A DNA stretch of 64,000 nucleotides from Antedon mediterranea (Eukaryota > Animalia > Echinodermata): the NCBI RefSeq assembly GCF_964355755.1, contig NC_092677.1, forward strand, positions 21,439,175-21,503,174, written 5' to 3'. Each line of letters begins with the position of its first letter. Position 1 is the first letter of the stretch. This document shows positions 1 through 12,800 of the stretch, piece after piece. Position numbers and translations under genes: made by a program. The notes under the pieces are model-generated. The model saw only the letters and a program-made list of their open reading frames with translations. It was not told the origin of the DNA and searched no databases.

Positions 1-2499
1 AGTGTACAAAATAGCTTCAAATCGCATTTGGAGACGTTTTAGACAATTTTGTGATTTTCGAAAAAACTTGTTTACATAAAAACACCAAAGTGCTCAGAAT
101 AGCTTCCAATCGCATTTTGAGACGTTTTAGACCCTTTTGTGCATTTCGATGAAACTTGGTTACACAAAAACATCAAAGTGCTTAAAATCACAGTAGAAAC
201 CGTTTTAGACCATTTTGAGCATTTCGTTAAAATTTTTCACAGAAAAACATCAAAGAGCAAAAAATAGCTTAATATCGTATTTAAAAACGTTTTAGACCAT
301 TTTGAGCATTTCGACAAAACTTTTTCACACAAAACATCAAAGTGTACAGATAAGCTTCAAATCGCATTTGGAGACGTTTTAAACCATTTTGAGCATTTCG
401 ATAAAATTTTACACACAAAAACATCAAAGTGCACAAAATAGCTTAATATGGTATTTAAAAACGTTTTAGACCATTTTGAGCATTTCAACAAAACTTTTTC
501 TCACAAAACATCAAGGTGTACAGAATAGCTTCAAATCGCATTTGGAGACGTTTTAGACCATTTTGTGCATTTCGATGAAACTTGGTTATACAAAAACATC
601 AAAGTGCTTAAATTCACATTTTGAGCATTTCGTTAAAACTTTTCACACAAAAACATCAAAGTCCACAAAATAGCTTAATATCGTATTTAAAAACGTTTTA
701 GACCATTTTGAGAATTTCGAAAAAACTTTTTCACACAAAACATCAAAGTTTACAAAATAGCTTCAAATCGCATTTGGAGACGTTTTAGACCATTTTGTGA
801 TTTTCGAAAAAACTTGTTAACATAAAAACACCAAAGTGCTTAGAAAAGCTTCAAATCGCATTTGGAGACGTTTTAGACCATTTTTTGCATTTCGATGAAA
901 CTTGGTTACAAAAAAACATCAAAGTGCTTAAAATCACATTTTGAGCATTTCGTTAAAACTTTTCACACAAAAACATCAAAGTCCACAAAATAGCTTAATA
1001 TCGTATTTAAAAACGTTTTAGACCATTTTGAGCATTTCGAAAAAACTTTTCCACACAAAACATCAAAGTTTACAAAATAGCTTCAAATCGCATTTGGAGA
1101 CGTTTTAGACCATTTTGTGATTTTCGAAAAAACTTGTTAACATAAAAATACCAAAGTGCTCAGAATACCTTCAAATCGTGTTTTGAGACGTTTTAGACCA
1201 TTTTGTGATTTTCGAAAAAACTTAACATAAAAACACCAAAGTGCTCAGAATACCTTCAAATCGCATTTGGAGACGTTTTAGACCATTTTGTGATTTTGGA
1301 AAAAACTTGTTAACATAAAAACACCAAAGTGCTTAGAAAAGCTTCAAATCGCATTTGGAGACGTTTTAGACCCTTTTGTGCATTTCGATGAAACTTGGTT
1401 ACACAAAAACATCAAAGTGCTTAAAATCACAGTAGAAACCGTTTTAGACCATTTTGAGCATTTCGTTAAAATTTTTCACAGAAAAACATCAAAGAGCAAA
1501 AAATAGCTTAATATCGTATTTAAAAACGTTTTAGACCATTTTGAGCATTTCGACAAAACTTTTTCACACAAAACATCAAAGTGTACAGATAAGCTTCAAA
1601 TCGCATTTGGAGACGTTTTAAACCATTTTGAGCATTTCGATAAAATTTTACACACAAAAACATCAAAGTGCACAAAATAGCTTAATATGGTATTTAAAAA
1701 CGTTTTAGACCATTTTGAGCATTTCAACAAAACTTTTTCTCACAAAACATCAAAGTGTACAGAATAGCTTCAAATCGCATTTGGAGACGTTTTAGACCAT
1801 TTTGTGCATTTCGATGAAACTTGGTTACACAAAAACATCAAAGTGCTTAAAATCACATTTTGAGCATTTCGTTAAAACTTTTCACACAAAAACATCAAAG
1901 TCCACAAAATAGCTTAATATCGTATTTAAAAACGTTTTAGACCATTTTGAGCATTTCGAAAAAACTTTTCCACACAAAACATCAAAGTTTACAAAATAGC
2001 TTCAAATCGCATTTGGAGACGTTTTAGACCATTTTGTGATTTTCGAAAAAACTTGTTAACATAAAAACACCAAAGTGCTCAGAATACCTTCAAATCGTAT
2101 TTTGAGACGTTTTAGACAATTTTGTGATTTTCGAAAAAACTTGTTAACATAAAAACACCAAAGTGCTTAGAAAAGCTTCATATCGCATTTGGAGACGTTT
2201 TAGACCATTTTGTGCATTTCGATGAAACTTGGTTACACAAAAACATCAAAGTGCTTAAAATCACTTTTTGAGCATTTCGTTAAAACTTTTCACACAAAAA
2301 CATCAAAGAGCAAAAAATAGCTTAATATCGTATTTAAAAACGTTTTAGACCATTTTGAGCATTTCGACAAAACTTTTTCACACAAAACATCAAAGTGTAC
2401 AAAATAGCTTCAAATCGCATTTGGAGACGTTTTAGACAATTTTGTGATTTTCGAAAAAACTTGTTTACATAAAAACACCAAAGTGCTAAGAATAGCTTC

Positions 2500-3990
2500 C
2501 AATCGCATTTGGAGACGTTTTAGACCCTTTTGTGAATTTCGATGAAACTTGGTTACACAAAAACATCAAAGTGCTTAAAATCACATTAGAAACCGTTTTA
2601 GAACATTTTGAGCATTTCGTTAAAATTTTTCACAGAAAAACATCAAAGAGCAAAAAATAGCTTAATATCGTATTTAAAAACGTTTTAGACCATTTTGAGC
2701 ATTTCGACAAAACTTTTTCACACAAAACAACAAAGTGTACAGAATAGCTTCAAATCGCATTTGGAGACGTTTTAACCCATTTTGAGCATTTCGATAAAAT
2801 TTTACACACAAAAACATCAAAGTGCACAAAATAGCTTAATATGGTATTTAAAAACGTTTTAGACCATTTTGAGCATTTCAACAAAACTTTTTCTCACAAA
2901 ACATCAAAGTGTACAGAATAGCTTCAAATCGCATTTGGAGACGTTTTAGACCATTTTGTGCATTTCGATGAAACTTGGTTACACAAAAACATCAAAGTGC
3001 TTAAAATCACATTTTGAGCATTTCGTTAAAACTTTTCACACAAAAACATCAAAGTCCACAAAATAGCTTAATATCGTATTTAAAAACGTTATAGACCATT
3101 TTGAGCATTTCGAAAAAACTTTTCCACACAAAACATCAAAGTTTACAAAATAGCTTCAAATCGCATTTGGAGACGTTTTAGACCATTTTGTGATTTTCGA
3201 AAAAACTTGTTAACATAAAAACACCAAAGTGCTCAGAATACCTTCAAATCGCATTTGGAGACGTTTTAGACCCTTTTGTGCATTTCGATGAAACTTGGTT
3301 ACACAAAAACATCAAAGTGCTTAAAATCACATTAGAAACCGTTTTAGACCATTTTGAGCATTTCGTTAAAATTTTTCACAGAAAAACATCAAAGAGCAAA
3401 AAATAGCTTAATATCGTATTTAAAAACGTTTTAGACCATTTTGAGCATTTCGACAAAACTTTTTCACACAAAACATCAAAGTGTACAGAATAGCTTCAAA
3501 TCGCATTTGGAGACGTTTTAACCCATTTTGAGCATTTCGATAAAATTTTACACACAAAAACATCAAAGTGCACAAAATAGCTTAATATGGTATTTAAAAA
3601 CGTTTTAGACCATTTTGAGCATTTCAACAAAACTTTTTCTCACAAAACATCAAAGTGTACAGAATAGCTTCAAATCGCATTTGGAGACATTTTAGACCAT
3701 TTTGTGCATTTCGATGAAACTTGGTTACACAAAAACATCAAAGTGCTTAAAATCACATTTTGAGCATTTCGTTAAAACTTTTCACACAAAAACATCAAAG
3801 TCCACAAAATAGCTTAATATCGTATTTAAAAACGTTTTAGACCATTTTGAGCATTTCGAAAAAACTTTTCCACACAAAACATCAAAGTTTACAAAATAGC
3901 TTCAAATCGCATTTGGAGACGTTTTAGACCATTTTGTGATTTTCGAAAAAAACTTGTTAACATAAAAACACCAAAGTGCTCAGAATACCT
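2500..3990. repeat. Local higher-order duplication, 746-bp period (about 9 monomers), about 2 copies
   Basis: The variant ttttaacccat has acccat at 2775 and 3521, and the monomer order is the same in both copies. Confidence 0.75.
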
Positions 3991-6900
3991 TCAAATCGTG
4001 TTTTGAGACGTTTTAGACCATTTTGTAATTTTCGAAAAAACTTGTTAACATAAAAACACCAAAGTGCTCAGAATACCTTCACATCGCATTTTGAGACGTT
4101 TTAGACCATTTTGTGATTTTCGAAAAAACTTGTTAACATAAAAACACCAAAGTGCTTAGAAAAGCTTGAAATCGCATTTGGAGACGTTTTAGACCATTTT
4201 GTGAATTTCGATGAAACTTGGTTAAAGTGCTTAAAATCACATTTTGAGCATTTCGTTAAAACTTTTCACACAAAAACATCAAAGAGTAAAAAATAGCTTA
4301 ATATCGTATTTAAAAACGTTTTAGACCATTTTGAGCATTTCGACAAAATTTTTTCACACAAAACATCAAAGTGTACAGAATAGCTTTAAATCGCATTTGG
4401 AGACGTTTTAGACCATTTTGTTCATTTCGATGAAACAAAAACACAAAAACATCAAATTGCACAAAATGGCTTAATATGATATGGGAAAACGTTTTAGACC
4501 ATTTTGAACATTTCGTTAAAAGTTTTCACACAAAAACATCAAAGTCCACAAAATAGCTTAATATCGTATTTAAAAACGTTTTAGACCAATTTGAGCATTT
4601 CGAAAAAACTTTTTCACACAAAACATCAAAGTTTACAAAATAGCTTCAAATCGCATTTGGAGACGTTATAGACCATTTTGTGATTTTCGAAAAAACTTGT
4701 TAACATAAAAACACCAAAGTGCTCAGAATACCTTCAAATCGCATTTTGAGACGTTTTAGACCATTTTATGATTTTCGAAAAAACTTGTTAACATAAAAAC
4801 ACCAAAGTGCTCAGAATACCTTCAAATCGTGTTTTGAGACGTTTTAGACCATTTTGTGATTTTCGAAAAAACTTGTTAACATAAAAACACCAAAGTGCTC
4901 AGAATACCTTCAAATCGCATTTGGAGACGTTTTAGACCATTTTGTGATTTTCGTAAAAACTTGTTAACATAAAAACACCAAAGTGCTTAGAAAAGTTTCA
5001 AATCGCATTTGGAGACGTTTTAGACCATTTTGTTCATTTCGATGAAACTTGGTTACACAAAAACATCAAATTGCACAAAATGGCTTAATATGGTATGGGA
5101 AAACGTTTTAGACCATTTTGAACATTTCGAGAAAACTTTTTCACACAAAACTTCAAAGTGTACAGAATAGCTTCAAATCGCATTAGAAACCGTTTTAGAC
5201 CATTTTGAGCATTTCGAAAAAACTTTTTCACACAAAACATCAAAGTTTACAAAATAGCTTCAAATCACATTTGGAGACATTTTAGACCATTTTGTGATTT
5301 TCAAAAAAACTTGTTAACATAAAAACACCAAAGTGCTCAGGATACCTTCAAATCGCATTTTGAGACGTTTTAGACCATTTTGTGATTTTCGGAAAAACTT
5401 GTTAACATAAAAACACCAAAGTGCTCAGAATACCTTCAAATCGTATTTTGAGACGTTTTAGACAATTTTGTGATTTTCGAAAAAACTTGTTAACATAAAA
5501 ACACCAAAGTGCTTAGAAAAGCTTAAAAAACGCATTTGGAGACGTTTTAGACCATTTTGTGCATTTCGATGAAACTTGGTTACACAAAAACATCAAAGTG
5601 TACAGAATAGCTTCAAATCGCATTAGAAACCGTTTTAGACCATTTTGAGCATTTCGAAAAAACTTTTTCACACAAAACATCAAAGTGTACAAAATAGCTT
5701 CAAATCGCATTTGGAGACGTTTTAGACAATTTTGTGATTTTCAAAAAAACTTGTTTACATAAAAACACCAAAGTGCTCAGAATAGCTTCCAATCGCATTT
5801 TGAGACGTTTTAGACCCTTTTGTGCATTTCGATGAAACTTGGTTACACAAAAACATCAAAGTGCTTAAAATCACAGTAGAAACCGTTTTAGACCATTTTG
5901 AGCATTTCGTTAAAATTTTTCACAGAAAAACATCAAAGAGCAAAAAATAGCTTAATATCGTATTTAAAAACGTTTTAGACCATTTTGAGCATTTCGACAA
6001 AACTTTTTCACACAAAACATCAAAGTGTACAGATAAGCTTCAAATCGCATTTGGAGACGTTTTAAACCATTTTGAGCATTTCGATAAAATTTTACACACA
6101 AAAACATCAAAGTGCACAAAATAGCTTAATATGGTATTTAAAAACGTTTTAGACCATTTTGAGCATTTCAACAAAACTTTTTCTCACAAAACATCAAAGT
6201 GTACAGAATAGCTTCAAATCGCATTTGGAGACGTTTTAGACCATTTTGTGCATTTCGATTAAACTTGGTTACACAAAAACATCAAAGTGCTTAAATTCAC
6301 ATTTTGAGAATTTCGTTAAAACTTTTCACACAAAAACATCAAAGTCCACAAAATAGCTTAATATCGTATTTAAAAACGTTTTAGACCATTTTGAGAATTT
6401 CGAAAAAACTTTTTCACACAAAACATCAAAGTTTACAAAATAGCTTCAAATCGCATTTGGAGACGTTTTAGACCATTTTGTGATTTTCGAAAAAACTTGT
6501 TAACATAAAAACACCAAAGTGCTCAGAATACCTTCAAATCGCATTTGGAGACGTTTTAGACCATTTTGTGATTTTCGAAAAAACTTGTTAACATAAAAAC
6601 ACCAAAGTGCTTAGAAAAGCTTCAAATCGCATTTGGAGACGTTTTAGACCATTTTTTGCATTTCGATGAAACTTGGTTACACAAAAACATCAAAGTGCTT
6701 AAAATCACATTTTGAGCATTTCGTTAAAACTTTTCACACAAAAACATCAAAGTCCACAAAATAGCTTAATATCGTATTTAAAAACGTTTTAGACCATTTT
6801 GAGCATTTCGAAAAAACTTTTCCACACAAAACATCAAAGTTTACAAAATAGCCTCAAATCGCATTTGGAGACGTTTTAGACCATTTTGTGATTTTCGAAA

Positions 6901-7239
6901 AAACTTGTTAACATAAAAACACCAAAGTGCTCAGAATACCTTCAAATCGTGTTTTGAGACGTTTTAGACCATTTTGTAATTTTCGAAAAAACTTGTTAAC
7001 ATAAAAACACCAAAGTGCTCAGAAAACCTTCACATCGCATTTTGAGACGTTTTAGACCATTTTGTGATTTTCGAAAAAACTTGTTAACATAAAAACACCA
7101 AAGTGCTTAGAAAAGCTTGAAATCGCATTTGGAGACGTTTTAGACCATTTTGTGCATTTCGATGAAACTTGGTTACACAAAAACATCAAAGTGCTTAAAA
7201 TCACATTAGAAACCGTTTTAGACCATTTTGAGCATTTCG

Positions 7240-9890
7240 TTAAAACTTTTCACACAAAAACATCAAAGTCCACAAAATAGCTTAATATCGTATTTAAAAA
7301 CGTTTTAGACCATTTTGAGCATTTCGAAAAAACTTTTCCACACAAAACATCAAAGTTTACAAAATAGCTTCAAATCGCATTTGGAGACGTTTTAGACCAT
7401 TTTGTGATTTTCGAAAAAACTTGTTAACATAAAAACACCAAAGTGCTCAGAATACCTTCAAATCGTATTTTGAGACGTTTTAGACAATTTTGTGATTTTC
7501 GAAAAAACTTGCTAACATAAAAACACCAAAGTGCTTAGAAAAGCTTCATATCGCATTTGGAGACGTTTTAGACCATTTTGTGCATTTTGATGAAACTTGG
7601 TTACACAAAAACATCAAAGTGCTTAAAATCACTTTTTGAGCATTTCGTTAAAACTTTTCACACAAAAACATCAAAGAGCAAAAAATAGCTTAATATCGTA
7701 TTTAAAAACGTTTTAGACCATTTTGAGCATTTCGACAAAACTTTTTCACACAAAACATCAAAGTGTACAAAATAGCTTCAAATCGCATTTGGAGACGTTT
7801 TAGACAATTTTGTGATTTTCGAAAAAACTTGTTTACATAAAAACACCAAAGTGCTAAGAATTGCTTCCAATCGCATTTGGAGACGTTTTAGACCCTTTTG
7901 TGCATTTCGATGAAACTTGGTTACACAAAAACATCAAAGTGCTTAAAATCACATTAGAAACCGTTTTAGAACATTTTGAGCATTTCGTTAAAATTTTTCA
8001 CAGAAAAGCATCAAAGAGCAAAAAATAGCTTAATATCGTATTTAAAAACGTTTTAGACCATTTTGAGCATTTCGACAAAACTTTTTCACACAAAATAACA
8101 AAGTGTACAGAATAGCTTCAAATCGCATTTGGAGACGTTTTAACCCATTTTGAGCATTTCGATAAAATTTTACACACAAAAACATCAAAGTGCACAAAAT
8201 AGCTTAATATGGTATTTAAAAACGTTTTAGACCATTTTGAGCATTTCAACAAAACTTTTTCTCACAAAACATCAAAGTGTACAGAATAGCTTCAAATCGC
8301 ATTTGGAGACGTTTTAGACCATTTTGTGCATTTCGATGAAACTTGGTTACACAAAAACATCAAAGTGCTTAAAATCACATTTTGAGCATTTCGTTAAAAC
8401 TTTTCACACAAAAACATCAAAGTCCACAAAATAGCTTAATATCGTATTTAAAAACGTTATAGACCATTTTGAGCATTTCGAAAAAACTTTTCCACACAAA
8501 ACATCAAAGTTTACAAAATAGCTTCAAATCGCATTTGGAGACGTTTTAGACCATTTTGTGATTTTCGAAAAAACTTGTTAACATAAAAACACCAAAGTGC
8601 TCAGAATACCTTCAAATCGCATTTGGAGACGTTTTAGACCCTTTTGTGCATTTCGATGAAACTTGGTTACACAAAAACATCAAAGTGCTTAAAATCACAT
8701 TAGAAACCGTTTTAGACCATTTTGAGCATTTCGTTAAAATTTTTCACAGAAAAACATCAAAGAGCAAAAAATAGCTTAATATCGTATTTAAAAACGTTTT
8801 AGACCATTTTGAGCATTTCGACAAAACTTTTTCACACAAAACATCAAAGTGTACAGAATAGCTTCAAATCGCATTTGGAGACGTTTTAACCCATTTTGAG
8901 CATTTCGATAAAATTTTACACACAAAAACATCAAAGTGCACAAAATAGCTTAATATGGTATTTAAAAACGTTTTAGACCATTTTGAGCATTTCAACAAAA
9001 CTTTTTCTCACAAAACATCAAAGTGTACAGAATAGCTTCAAATCGCATTTGGAGACATTTTAGACCATTTTGTGCATTTCGATGAAACTTGGTTACACAA
9101 AAACATCAAAGTGCTTAAAATCACATTTTGAGCATTTCGTTAAAACTTTTCACACAAAAACATCAAAGTCCACAAAATAGCTTAATATCGTATTTAAAAA
9201 CGTTTTAGACCATTTTGAGCATTTCGAAAAAACTTTTCCACACAAAACATCAAAGTTTACAAAATAGCTTCAAATCGCATTTGGAGACGTTTTAGACCAT
9301 TTTGTGATTTTCGAAAAAAACTTGTTAACATAAAAACACCAAAGTGCTCAGAATACCTTCAAATCGTGTTTTGAGACGTTTTAGACCATTTTGTAATTTT
9401 CGAAAAAACTTGTTAACATAAAAACACCAAAGTGCTCAGAATACCTTCACATCGCATTTTGAGACGTTTTAGACCATTTTGTGATTTTCGAAAAAACTTG
9501 TTAACATAAAAACACCAAAGTGCTTAGAAAAGCTTGAAATCGCATTTGGAGACGTTTTAGACCATTTTGTGAATTTCGATGAAACTTGGTTAAAGTGCTT
9601 AAAATCACATTTTGAGCATTTCGTTAAAACTTTTCACACAAAAACATCAAAGAGTAAAAAATAGCTTAATATCGTATTTAAAAACGTTTTAGACCATTTT
9701 GAGCATTTCGACAAAATTTTTTCACACAAAACATCAAAGTGTACAGAATAGCTTTAAATCGCATTTGGAGACGTTTTAGACCATTTTGTTCATTTCGATG
9801 AAACAAAAACACAAAAACATCAAATTGCACAAAATGGCTTAATATGATATGGGAAAACGTTTTAGACCATTTTGAACATTTCGTTAAAAG
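7240..9890. repeat. Dispersed copy of about 1870-4520 (offset 5368)
   Basis: Shared variants sit at a constant offset: the gtgcttagaaaagcttcatatcg head (2163/7531), acaaagtgtac (2731/8099) and the 13-bp deletion (4221/9589). Confidence 0.8.
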
Positions 9891-12800
9891 TTTTCACAAA
9901 AAAACATCAAAGTCCACAAAATAGCTTAATATCGTATTTAAAAACGTTTTAGACCATTTTGAGCATTTCGAAAAAACTTTTTCACACAAAACATCAAAGT
10001 TTACAAAATAGCTTCAAATCGCATTTGGAGACGTTTTAGACCATTTTGTGATTTTCGAAAAAACTTGTTAACATAAAAACACCAAAGTGCTCAGAATACC
10101 TTCAAATCGCATTTTGAGACGTTTTAGACCATTTTGTGATTTTCGAAAAAACTTGTTAACATAAAAACACTAAAGTGCTCAGAATACCTTCAAATCGTGT
10201 TTTGAGACGTTTTAGACCATTTTGTGATTTTGGAAAAACTTGTTAACATAAAAACACCAAAGTGCTCAGAATACCTTCAAATCGCATTTGGAGACGTTTT
10301 AGACCATTTTGTGATTTTCGAAAAAACTTGTTAACATAAAAACACCAAAGTGCTCAGAAAAGCTTCAAATCGCAATTGGAGACGTTTTAAACCATTTTGT
10401 TCATTTCGATGAAACTTGGTTACACAAAAACATCAAATTGCACAAAATGGCTTTATATTGTATGGGAAAACGTTTTAGACCATTTTGAACATTTCGAGAA
10501 AACTTTTTCACACAAAACTTCAAAGTGTACAGAATAGCTTCAAATCGCATTAGAAACCGTTTTAGACCATTTTGAGCATTTCGAAAAAACTTTTTCACAC
10601 AAAAAATCAAGGTTTACAAAATAGCTTCAAATCGCATTTGGAGACGTTTTAGACCATTTTGTGATTTTCGAAAAAACTTGTTAACATAAAAACACCAAAG
10701 TGCTCAGAATACCTTCAAATCGCATTTTGAGACGTTTTAGACCATTTTGTGATTTTCGAAAAAACTTGTTAACATAAAAATACCAAAGTGCTCAGAATAC
10801 CTTCAAATCGTGTTTTAAGACGTTTTAGACCATTTTGTGATTTTCGAAAAAACTTGTTAACATAAAAACACCAAAGTGCTCAGAATACCTTCAAATCGCA
10901 TTTGGAGACGTTTTAGACCATTTTGTGATTTTCGAAAAAACTTGTTAACATAAAAACACCAAAGTGCTCAGAAAAGCTTCAAATCGCATTTGGAGACGTT
11001 TTAAACCATTTTGTTCATTTCGATGAAACTTGGTTACACAAAAATATCAAAGAGCACAAAAGTATTTAAAAACGTTTTAGACCATTTTGAGCATTCCGAC
11101 AAAACTTTTTCACACAAAACATCAAAGTGTACAGAATAGCTTTAAATCGCATTTGGAGACGTTTTAGACCATTTTGTAGTTTTCGAAAAAACTTGTTAAC
11201 ATAAAAACACAAAAGAGCTTCAAATCGCATTTGGAGACGTTTTAGACCCTTTTGTGCATTTCGATGAAACTTGGTTACACAAAAACATCAAAGTGCTTAA
11301 AATCACATTAGAAACCGTTTTAGACCATTTTGAGCATTTCGTTAAAACTTTTCACACAAAAACATCAAAGTCCACAAAATAGCTTAATATCGTATTCAAA
11401 AACGTTTTAGACCATTTTGAGCATTTCGAAAAAACTTTTCCACACGAAACATCAAAGTTTACAAAATAGCTTCAAATCGCATTTGGAGACGTTTTAGACC
11501 ATTTTGTGATTTTCGAAAAAACTTGATAACATAAAAACACCAAAGTGCTCAGAATACCTTCAAATCGTGTTTTGAGACGTTTTAGACCATTTTGTAATTT
11601 TCGAAAAAACTTGTTAACATAAAAACACCAAAGTGCTCAGAATACCTTCACATCGAATTTTGAGACGTTTTAGACCATTTTGTGATTTTCGAAAAAACTT
11701 GTTTACATAAAAACACCAAAGTGCTTAGAAAAGCTTGAAATCGCATTTGGAGACGTTTTAGACCATTTTGTGCATTTCGATGAAACTTGGTTACACAAAA
11801 ACATCAAAGTGCTTAAAATCACATTTTGAGCATTTCGTTAAAACTTTTCACACAAAAACATCAAAGTCCACAAAATAGCTTAATATCGTATTTAAAAACG
11901 TTTTAGACCATTTTGAGCATTTCGAAAAAACTTTTCCACACAAAACATCAAAGTTTACAAAATAGCTTTAAATCGCATTTGGAGACGTTTTAGACCATTT
12001 TGTTCATTTCGATGAAACAAAAACACAAAAACATCAAATTGCACAAAATGGCTTAATATGATATGGGAAAACGTTTTAGACCATTTTGAACATTTCGTTA
12101 AAAGTTTTCACAAAAAAACATCAAAGTCCACAAAATAGCTTAATATCGTATTTAAAAACGTTTTAGGCCATTTTGAGCATTTCGAAAAAACTTTTTCACA
12201 CAAAACATCAAAGTTTACAAAATAGCTTCAAATCGCATTTGGAGACGTTTTAGACCATTTTGTGATTTTCGAAAAAACTTGTTAACATAAAAACACCAAA
12301 GTGCTCAGAATACCTTCAAATCGCATTTTGAGACGTTTTAGACCATTTTGTGATTTTCGAAAAAACTTGTTAACATAAAAACACCAAAGTGCTCAGAATA
12401 CCTTCAAATCGTGTTTTGAGACGTTTTAGACCATTTTGAGATTTTGGAAAAACTTGTTAACATAAAAACACCAAAGTGCTCAGAATACCTTCAAATCGCA
12501 TTTGGAGACGTTTTAGACCATTTTGTGATTTTCGAAAAAACTTGTTAACATAAAAACACCAAAGTGCTCAGAAAAGCTTCAAATCGCAATTGGAGACGTT
12601 TTAAACCATTTTGTTCATTTCGATGAAGCTTGGTTACACAAAAACATCAAATTGCACAAAATGGCTTAATATGGTATGGGAAAACGTTTTAGACCATTTT
12701 GAACATTTCGAGAAAACTTTTTCACACAAAACTTCAAAGTATACAGAATAGCTTCAAATCGCATTAGAAACCGTTTTAGACCATTTTGAGCATTTCGAAA

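Noticed and set aside
144-160. CENP-B-box-like motif tttcgatgaaacttggt
   Set aside because: It matches only 7 of the 9 core positions of TTCGnnnnAnnCGGG and lacks the second essential CG. This is plausible by chance and not evidence of binding.
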